Shown here piece by piece: positions 57,333-64,000 of a stretch of 64,000 bases of DNA (the stretch's first letter is position 1; each line of letters starts with the position of its first letter). Under the pieces are notes generated by a model. That model did not search any database and was not told where the DNA came from. It was given only the letters and a program-made list of their open reading frames with translations. Location: NCBI GenBank assembly GCA_001794055.1, contig MGJB01000017.1, positions 21,339-85,338 of the forward strand, in the 5' to 3' direction. The translations under genes were made by a program, and so were the position numbers. Source of the DNA: Candidatus Yanofskybacteria bacterium RIFCSPHIGHO2_01_FULL_41_26 (GTDB lineage Bacteria; Patescibacteriota; Minisyncoccia; 2-02-FULL-40-12; GWA2-44-9).

Positions 57333-58046
57333 GTGGTACTACTTTGTTATCAACACATGCGAAAAGATCAAGAAAAAGCGTTTGGGTTGCGTCGTCAAAA
57401 GCAAAGCTATAAAACCATCAGCAAAGAGCTTGGCATTCCTAAAAGCACTCTTGCTGGCTGGTTTAAAAATGAGTTGTGGTCACAAGATATTAGAGATGAG
57501 TTGGGTCGAACCGCATCACTAGCTTTTCCTGAAAAATTAAACCGCATCGTTGCGGCTAATAAAAAACGGTGGGCCGATTGGCATCAACAAGCTCGAGATG
57601 AGGCTGTGGTAGAATTTCCGAAACTTAAAGACGACTCCCTATTTTTAGCGGGACTCATGCTCTATTGGGGAGAGGGTAACAAAACACCAACAAGTCCTCA
57701 AGTAAAATTAGCCAACAGCGACCCCGCCATGATTCGCCTTTTTTGTCTCTTCTTGAAAAAAACTCTCTTGGTGCCAGATGAAAAAATAAAGATTTGGCTA
57801 CTTCTTTATCCTGATCTTATTGATTCTGTTCAGAAAAATTTCTGGAGCAAAGCCACAGGCATACCTCTTACGCAATTTAACAAGTCTATTTACATTAAAG
57901 GAAGACGCTCGACAAGAAGACTATCATATGGAGTATGTAATGTAACAGTTTCAAGCCGACAATTAAAAGAAAAAATCGTTAAATGGATCGAGCTTTTTCA
58001 GTTAAACTTACAAGAATCCGCTTTCTTGAAAAAAACTTTAAAATAA
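57333..58046 (+). CDS. HTH + single LAGLIDADG-like motif protein (homing-endonuclease-like)
   Basis: 237 aa. N-terminal HTH (YKTISKELGIPKSTLAGWFKN). FLAGLMLYWGEGNK resembles a LAGLIDADG motif. Confidence 0.4.
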   Translation: MVLLCYQHMRKDQEKAFGLRRQKQSYKTISKELGIPKSTLAGWFKNELWSQDIRDELGRTASLAFPEKLNRIVAANKKRWADWHQQARDEAVVEFPKLKDDSLFLAGLMLYWGEGNKTPTSPQVKLANSDPAMIRLFCLFLKKTLLVPDEKIKIWLLLYPDLIDSVQKNFWSKATGIPLTQFNKSIYIKGRRSTRRLSYGVCNVTVSSRQLKEKIVKWIELFQLNLQESAFLKKTLK

Positions 58047-58072
58047 GCTATAGTATAGATTAGATTTGACAC

Positions 58073-58146
58073 GCGGGTATAATATAGCAGTAGTATATTT
58101 CCTTGCCAAGGAAAAAGCACGGGTGCAAATCCCGTTACCCGCTCCA
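58073..58146 (+). tRNA. tRNA-Gly (anticodon GCC)
   Basis: GCGGGTA/TACCCGC acceptor, anticodon stem TTTCC/GGAAA, loop TTGCCAA, CCA encoded. Confidence 0.8.
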
Positions 58147-58614
58147 ATGTGGAAATTACTGTCAAAGATTACTGGAAAAAACATAATTCGCAACAAAATC
58201 GAACACAGTGAAGCCGGACTGTATTTTTATCTTGTCTTTCCTATCGCTTTTGCGTTTCTTTTAACCTTTGTTGGCGCCAGAATTTTTAGTCTTTTAGCTC
58301 CCAATTTTTATTTATTAGACATCGCTTTGAACCGCGTCCATCATTATGTCTATGGTTTTTTTGTTTTGGCTGTTTCCGGGTACCTTGCTCTAATTTTTAA
58401 CGGCCCCCGAGCAAAATACCTGATATCGCTTCTTCATGGTTTTGGTTTGGGCTTGGCTTTTGATGAATTCGCCTTTTGGCTTAAATTAACTGACACCGAC
58501 CCGGCCCGTTGGAGCTATGACGGCTTTCTTATAATTATGGGGCTGTTTTTTTTCATTATTTCAGCCAAAAAGGGATTCAGAATGCTCAAGGTTTTGTGGC
58601 CTTTTGGGGGTTGA
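58147..58614 (+). CDS. membrane protein (4 TM)
   Basis: ATG at 58147 directly after the tRNA. The ORF-track start 58066 would overlap the tRNA and is rejected. Confidence 0.4.
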   Translation: MWKLLSKITGKNIIRNKIEHSEAGLYFYLVFPIAFAFLLTFVGARIFSLLAPNFYLLDIALNRVHHYVYGFFVLAVSGYLALIFNGPRAKYLISLLHGFGLGLAFDEFAFWLKLTDTDPARWSYDGFLIIMGLFFFIISAKKGFRMLKVLWPFGG

Positions 58615-58733
58615 CTTTTTGACCCCGATTTGCTATACTTATAGCATAACCTGAATATCGTAGTAGATGGCTTGATAGGCCGTTTTTTTGTGCCTAAAAG
58701 ACCATTTCTATCTCATTTTTTCAGGTCAAAAAA

Positions 58734-59288
58734 ATGATTAAAAAACTTACAATTTCAGCAATAATTTTGACGGTTTTTATTACAGTCCCAACTTCGGCAA
58801 ATGCAGCCTTCTTCGACTGGGCTGATCCTGGCAGTGATAATGCCCATCCCTTTATCGATGGTGGGTCCGAATGGTCAATAAGTAATTTGGCTAAATTCGA
58901 ATTAATCAAAAAAAGGGTACCCGATGAAGCAACGGAACCAGTCGCAAGTCCTACTCCAATACCCAAAACCAAAACAATCAGAACCAATTCTATTGCAACA
59001 CATACAATAATGGCCAGTGCGTATTCCTCAACCCCAGATCAAACAGACAGCACTCCTTTCATTACCGCTTGGAATACTCGGGTTAGAGACGGCATTATCG
59101 CTGCAAACTTTTTGCCTTTTGGTACTCAGATAAAAATACCGGAATTATACGGCGATAAAATATTCGTTGTTGAGGACAGAATGAATCGAAGATATACTTA
59201 TAAAATTGACATCTGGTTCCCGGAACGAGAACAAGCATTAGAATTCGGAAATAAAAAAGTAAAAATAGAGGTTGTTGCCAGACTGTAA
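58734..59288 (+). CDS. secreted 3D-domain protein (MltA/YabE-like C-terminal domain)
   Basis: 184 aa with signal peptide. C-terminus has conserved Asp pattern (DQTDSTPFITAW...RDGIIAAN...VEDRMNRRY...IDIWF). Confidence 0.6.
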   Translation: MIKKLTISAIILTVFITVPTSANAAFFDWADPGSDNAHPFIDGGSEWSISNLAKFELIKKRVPDEATEPVASPTPIPKTKTIRTNSIATHTIMASAYSSTPDQTDSTPFITAWNTRVRDGIIAANFLPFGTQIKIPELYGDKIFVVEDRMNRRYTYKIDIWFPEREQALEFGNKKVKIEVVARL

Positions 59289-59349
59289 CTTCCCAAATCA
59301 AAAACACCCGTAGGGGTGTTTTTGATTTGGTGTACCCGGTTGAAGAAAG

Positions 59350-59808
59350 TTAAAACAACTGTTGAGGGTTAATCCAGTCTCCAAAAACATCAAGAAAAAG
59401 ATTTTGTGCTTTTGCTCGGTCGACTTGATTCTTAAGAAGATAACCCTTAATCATTTCGTCTTTTTCTTCCTCGCTAATTCCTTCAGCTTGAATAATTGGC
59501 TTTATAAAAAATTCTTCTACGGCCCAGTCACTTTGAAAAACCACTTTAACTGCTCTTAGTTTTTCGGCAACAACTTTGGTGCTTTCTCCGTGTGAGTATA
59601 AAAAAAGAATATTTTTAACAATTGAAACTATTCTTTCCTTGGGGAAACCATAATCTCTCGAAATGTGTTCTGCCGTAAGTTCAATGGAATCAAATGGCAA
59701 AGCTTCGATAATTCCGTTAGTATGTGCATGAGACTCCCCAATCTGCCGCATTGCCGTCTTTAAGCCTAGTTTTAATATTATCAATTGTATGGTCAAGCGG
59801 ATTTGCAA
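59350..59808 (-). CDS. hypothetical protein (possibly 3' part of a frameshifted gene)
   Basis: 152 aa ORF. Upstream overlapping ORF 59717..59965 in another frame. Confidence 0.35.
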   Translation of the reverse strand: MQIRLTIQLIILKLGLKTAMRQIGESHAHTNGIIEALPFDSIELTAEHISRDYGFPKERIVSIVKNILFLYSHGESTKVVAEKLRAVKVVFQSDWAVEEFFIKPIIQAEGISEEEKDEMIKGYLLKNQVDRAKAQNLFLDVFGDWINPQQLF

Positions 59809-59965
59809 ATTTATCTAAGGCTAATTCATTTACCCTACCTCCACAAACTCTATCATAGATAATTAAAACCTCTCTTAACGTTTCTGTATTAAGTTGAGAC
59901 ATTAACATCCCTAGCCTAGGAAGCTTTTCTTTAGTTTCTAACTTTTTTGGACTTTCATTAATCAT
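59717..59965 (-). CDS. hypothetical protein (possibly 5' part of a frameshifted gene)
   Basis: 82 aa ORF overlapping 59350..59808 by 92 nt in a different frame. Confidence 0.3.
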   Translation of the reverse strand: MINESPKKLETKEKLPRLGMLMSQLNTETLREVLIIYDRVCGGRVNELALDKFANPLDHTIDNIKTRLKDGNAADWGVSCTY

Positions 59966-60270
59966 TTTGTCCGCCCACTCACCCTTGGATGGAACACTTT
60001 GGAAAAGATGATTTTAACTTGGAAACAGGTTTTTGGGAGTTTTGCGTCTGTGACTAGTATTGGAAGTAGTTAAGTGCAATTAAAAAATCCGACATTTGGT
60101 CAATGTCGGATTTTCTATTCACAATTCACAATTTTTGCTATGCCGTTGGTAACGACAGTAATTCCTACACAAATACAGTAAATCGGAAAGTATAAACCAA
60201 GTGCAAGCAATACTGAACCCAACTAGCGTGATTAAAATAATCCTGACAAAGCAGGATTATTTTAATGTTG

Positions 60271-60343
60271 TCCGCCCCCCGCGACTCGAACGCGGAACAT
60301 TCACCTTAAGAGGGTGCTGCTCTACCAATTGAGCTAGGGGCGG
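60271..60343 (-). tRNA. tRNA-Lys (anticodon CTT), CCA not encoded
   Basis: CCGCCCC/GGGGCGG acceptor, D-arm GCTCAATTGGTAGAGC, anticodon loop CTCTTAA, T-arm CCGCGTTCGAGTCGCGG. Confidence 0.75.
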
Positions 60344-60353
60344 ATATATTGTG

Positions 60354-60428
60354 TGTCCCCGGAGGGAATCGAACCCCCATCAACAGCTTCGAAGGCTGCT
60401 GCTTTATCCGTTAAGCTACGGGGACATA
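60354..60428 (-). tRNA. tRNA-Arg (anticodon TCG), CCA not encoded
   Basis: GTCCCCG/CGGGGAC acceptor, anticodon loop CTTCGAA, T-arm GGGGGTTCGATTCCCTC. Confidence 0.8.
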
Positions 60429-60472
60429 TCCCACCGTTAAACATTAAAATTTTACCACAAATTAGATTTTTT

Positions 60473-61648
60473 TCAATTATTTTCGTATCTCTTTTTTAAA
60501 TCTGAAATTACCTTCGGTAAAACCCTAAGCACATAATCCAAGTCCTTTTTCGTTGTTTGCTTGCCCATAGAAAACCTCAACACACCCAACAAATGTTTTT
60601 TATTTACACCGATGGCCTTGAGAACATGTGAAGGTTCAACAGAATGAGATGTACAGGCCGAACCGCTTCCAGCATGGATACCATATTTATCAAGTTCCAA
60701 AAGCAGGTTCTCACTATCTAACCCTGGTATTGATATATTTATATTATTCGCAAGTCGCTCTTTGCCAGTTGGACCATTTAATCTTATTTCTGAATCTATT
60801 TTCTTAATCTTACCAATAAAGTAATCTCTCAATTTCATAACTCGGGCTGACTCCTTGGTATCAATCAATTCAATTGCCTTAGCCAAACCAAGTATGGCCG
60901 ACAAGTTCTCTGTCCCCGCCCGCATTCCTCTCTCCTGCCCACCGCCTAAAACACAGGGGGTTAAGGCAACATCATGACGAATATACAAAACACCAATTCC
61001 TCTGGGTCCGCCTAATTTAGAGCCATTAAAAGTTACGAGATCAGCCTGCAAATTATTAACATTCATATTAAGATACCCCGCCGCTTGGCAGGCATCGACA
61101 TGAAACAAGACCCGCCTTGTTTTATCAATTTCCAATTTTTTGTTAAACTCTTTGATTATCTTTCCGATCTTATTTATTGACTCTATCGTACCAATCTCGT
61201 TATTGGCATACATAATCGAAACTAAAGCCGTTTCCTTTCGCAAAGAATTTTGAAATTCTTTAAGGTCAACAAACCCCTCTTTGTTTACGGGAAGATAGGA
61301 TACCTCAACACCCTCTCTTGCTAAAAGTTTTATTGGTTCAAGAACAGAAGGGTGCTCTATTTGCATTGTGATAATATGGGGTTTTAAAACCAGAAGCTGC
61401 CTGACCGTTCCCTGAATAGCGAGATTATTTGATTCTGTTCCCGAAGAAGTAAAAATTATTTCGTTACTATGCGCACCCAAAAAACGGGCCACTTTTATTC
61501 GTACTCTGCTTAATTCTCTAGCTGCCTCTCGGCCTGAGTCATTATAAGAAGACGGGTTGCCGTAAATCTTCATGGCTCGAACCACCTCTCTTTGGACTTC
61601 AGGATCTATCGGAGCCGCTGCTGCATTATCTAGATATATCTCTTTCAT
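60473..61648 (-). CDS. iscS: cysteine desulfurase (IscS/NifS class V aminotransferase)
   Basis: 391 aa. PLP-Lys region and active-site loop SGSACTS. Confidence 0.85.
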   Translation of the reverse strand: MKEIYLDNAAAAPIDPEVQREVVRAMKIYGNPSSYNDSGREAARELSRVRIKVARFLGAHSNEIIFTSSGTESNNLAIQGTVRQLLVLKPHIITMQIEHPSVLEPIKLLAREGVEVSYLPVNKEGFVDLKEFQNSLRKETALVSIMYANNEIGTIESINKIGKIIKEFNKKLEIDKTRRVLFHVDACQAAGYLNMNVNNLQADLVTFNGSKLGGPRGIGVLYIRHDVALTPCVLGGGQERGMRAGTENLSAILGLAKAIELIDTKESARVMKLRDYFIGKIKKIDSEIRLNGPTGKERLANNINISIPGLDSENLLLELDKYGIHAGSGSACTSHSVEPSHVLKAIGVNKKHLLGVLRFSMGKQTTKKDLDYVLRVLPKVISDLKKRYENN

Positions 61649-61705
61649 ACAAAAACAGCCTTGTGGCTGTTTATTTATACTATCATAATGTTTTAGTATT
61701 TTCTA

Positions 61706-62080
61706 CTAATAATTTCTCTGTCGGGGCCAAAAAACCAAAGACAGCAATGCACCTGCCAATCCGATGTCTCTCACGAGAATTTCGCTAAATCCTAGAAAAA
61801 ACATGATGCTTGCCAGAAAAAGAACCGCCAGTGACGAAAAGAGTGGAACAAATATATTTGTGATGAGGCTGATTCCGACAAGAACCTCAAAAACACCGGA
61901 AATATAAATAATATCTATCGGCCTAATATTAAAATTTGCCGCAAACAAAGAAACAGATTGGGGAACCCAAGCATTAATCCAATAATTCGGGTGAAAAAAC
62001 TTGTCTATACCAAACCAAAAAAATACGATTGCCAGACCGATACGAAGAACCGAATTGGAATACCTTGGGGATTGTAACAT
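61706..62080 (-). CDS. membrane protein (4 TM, DoxX-like)
   Basis: 124 aa hydrophobic ORF. Confidence 0.4.
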   Translation of the reverse strand: MLQSPRYSNSVLRIGLAIVFFWFGIDKFFHPNYWINAWVPQSVSLFAANFNIRPIDIIYISGVFEVLVGISLITNIFVPLFSSLAVLFLASIMFFLGFSEILVRDIGLAGALLSLVFWPRQRNY

Positions 62081-62309
62081 GTTTGAGGCCTACTTATAGT
62101 GGGATTGTCAAACTATTGACAATCTGGTTAAATTAGTGTATAATACAATCATGGTCTACTGTCGACTGCGTGTCGCTTGTGACATCAAAAGTTACCCTTA
62201 GGGGTAACTCCACTTCTTTATTATAATAAAGAAATAATTCGCCACAAGAGGATATCGGGTCGACGGTTAAAATATAAAAGCGCCTTAAGGCGCTTTTATA
62301 TTTTAACCA

Positions 62310-63614
62310 TTAAGTAGAACAATTTTTCTCCAAAAAATCAAGAACTTTTTCATTCGTTATACGACTAGAAATATTATCACGAAGACTCTTAATATCCAAA
62401 CTTGACTTATCAGTTTCCCCCTTCATTAACATTGACTGGACGGCCGCACTCACTGATTCATCTACTTCTTCGTGTGAAGCTAAGATGTTGTTGTCTTTTG
62501 CTATCTTGTGCAGAACCAAGACTATTTTAACCTGTTTTTCCGCTTCTTCTCGCCATTGTTTTCTCAAATCGTCCTGGGTCTTGCCCATCTGCGCCAAATA
62601 CAATCCCAATTCCATTCCATTGGCATGTAAATCGCTGTCAAGATTGCTTATCATAGAGTCCAACTGCTGATTTAAGAGAATCTCCGGTGCCATTATGCTA
62701 GAATTATTTACGATATGATTAATTATTTCCAGACGGACCCTTTGCTTTTCTTTTAGTCTTTTCTCTTCCATAATTCCTCCTCTGATGTTGTCGATCAACT
62801 GATCCAAGTTCTGAAAATTACCCAAGCCCCTAACAAATTCGTCATCAATTTTGGGAAGTTCCACCGACTTAATATTATTTATCTTTACGGTAAAATCCAA
62901 TTTTTGGCCGGCAATCTTTTTTACATAATAATCTTTTGGAGCAACCAACGAGAAGGTTTTTTCCTCGTCCTTCTTCATCCCCAAAAGGCTATCCTCGAAA
63001 CCAGGCATAAAATTCTTGCTTCCGATAATTAAAGGATGATTTTTACTTACTCCGCCTTCCAACATTTCCCTGTTATGTCTTACTTCAAAATCAACCTCAA
63101 CCCTGTCACCCTTTTCAACTACTCCTTCTTTGTCACGGAGAATACTCCTTGATGCTTTAATTGTTGCAAGAGTATCATCTATATCTTTCTGCTCTACTTG
63201 GACATCTCGCTTAGCCACCTTAACCTTAGAAAAATCTCGAATATTAATTTCGGGAAAAAGGGTAAGTATAACTTTATAAACAAGTTTGACCGGGGTGTTT
63301 TCTTTAATCTCAAGCTTAGAAACATTCAAAACATCCAACTTTTCTTTTTCAATAACCTTGGCTAAACTGTCCTTCATGGCCAAGTCCAACGCCGATTCAA
63401 GAACCTGCTTTGCATCCAAGCTCTTTTTTATCAAATCCTTTGGAACTTTTCCTTTCCTGAATCCGTCCAATTGGAAATCTTTTCCGATTTCGACTTCGGT
63501 TTTTTCTACATATTCCTTAAGATCATTTCTGTCCAATTCAACGGTCAATTCTGTCTGATTTTGATCAATTTTTTTAAGAGTGTGGCTCATCTTGTAATTC
63601 GTCTTGTGCCTCAA
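62310..63614 (-). CDS. tig: trigger factor
   Basis: 434 aa. Ribosome-binding signature GFRKGKVP. PPIase-like middle domain. Confidence 0.85.
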   Translation of the reverse strand: MRHKTNYKMSHTLKKIDQNQTELTVELDRNDLKEYVEKTEVEIGKDFQLDGFRKGKVPKDLIKKSLDAKQVLESALDLAMKDSLAKVIEKEKLDVLNVSKLEIKENTPVKLVYKVILTLFPEINIRDFSKVKVAKRDVQVEQKDIDDTLATIKASRSILRDKEGVVEKGDRVEVDFEVRHNREMLEGGVSKNHPLIIGSKNFMPGFEDSLLGMKKDEEKTFSLVAPKDYYVKKIAGQKLDFTVKINNIKSVELPKIDDEFVRGLGNFQNLDQLIDNIRGGIMEEKRLKEKQRVRLEIINHIVNNSSIMAPEILLNQQLDSMISNLDSDLHANGMELGLYLAQMGKTQDDLRKQWREEAEKQVKIVLVLHKIAKDNNILASHEEVDESVSAAVQSMLMKGETDKSSLDIKSLRDNISSRITNEKVLDFLEKNCST

Positions 63615-64000
63615 TTTCTTTGTGGCTTAAGTCTTCTCTGGGCGAACGAACATCTATTTTCCATCCGGTAAGCTTCGCGGCTAAGCGGACATTCTGTCCT
63701 CTTTTTCCGATAGCAAGCGAGAACTGATCATCGGAAACCTCAACCAAAGCATGCCTTCTGGATTCATCAATAATTGTAACTCCTAAAACCTTGGCCGGAG
63801 AAAAAGAATTGGATATAAAATCCTTTGCCTTATCATTCCATAAAATTATATCAATTTTTTCTCCAGACAGTTCATTTATTACAGTCTGAACGCGAACCCC
63901 TTTTTGGCCAACCAAAGAACCGATGGGATCCACCCCTTCTTCTTTTGACACAACTGCTATTTTGGTTCTGGAACCGGCCTCTCTGGCAATGGCTTTCACC
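63574..64000 (-). CDS. nusA: transcription termination/antitermination factor NusA, 3' part (5' end off window)
   Basis: KH-domain sequence (GSLVGQKGVRVQTVINEL...LAIGKRGQNVRLAAKLTGWKIDV). Open to the window edge. Confidence 0.75.
   Translation of the reverse strand, partial: VKAIAREAGSRTKIAVVSKEEGVDPIGSLVGQKGVRVQTVINELSGEKIDIILWNDKAKDFISNSFSPAKVLGVTIIDESRRHALVEVSDDQFSLAIGKRGQNVRLAAKLTGWKIDVRSPREDLSHKEIEAQDELQDEPHS

Noticed and set aside
58066-58146. ORF-track start at 58066 for the membrane protein
   Set aside because: It would read through tRNA-Gly (58073-58146). An ATG at 58147 directly after the tRNA is the plausible start.

Overview
This 64 kb window is low-GC (about 35-40%) with short genes on both strands. 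It is rich in aminoacyl-tRNA synthetases, ribosomal proteins and small secreted or membrane proteins. That profile fits a reduced-genome bacterium, possibly of the Candidate Phyla Radiation (Patescibacteria) type, which is inference only. Translation and quality-control genes read confidently: glyQS, ileS, argS, valS, infC-rpmI-rplT, rplS, rpsA-like, smpB with a tmRNA (ssrA), tsaD, rluA, clpP, htrA, ftsH, tig, a nusA 3' end, gyrA, iscS, recO and mpg. There are 11 tRNA genes. Unusual items follow.
(1) ileS carries an in-frame ~240 aa insertion with the motifs of a histidine-phosphatase (PGM/CobC-like) domain.
(2) A tRNA-adjacent large serine recombinase is bracketed by long, near-perfect nested inverted repeats, with a GH32-like and a SET-domain gene as apparent cargo.
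(3) A minus-strand cluster encodes three tandem VirB2/TrbC-like pilins, two pilin-plus-Cys-rich fusion proteins and other surface proteins.
(4) A GC-richer island (45.2-49.5 kb) has consensus sigma70 promoters, long structured leaders, a 63% GC orphan gene, a beta-CASP RNase and a NUDIX protein.
(5) Two ~640 bp cassettes bounded by imperfect terminal inverted repeats flank a GIY-YIG nuclease.
(6) Two LAGLIDADG-like genes sit beside tRNAs.
(7) There is a Doc/Fic toxin with an HTH partner.
No CRISPR array and no rRNA were seen.
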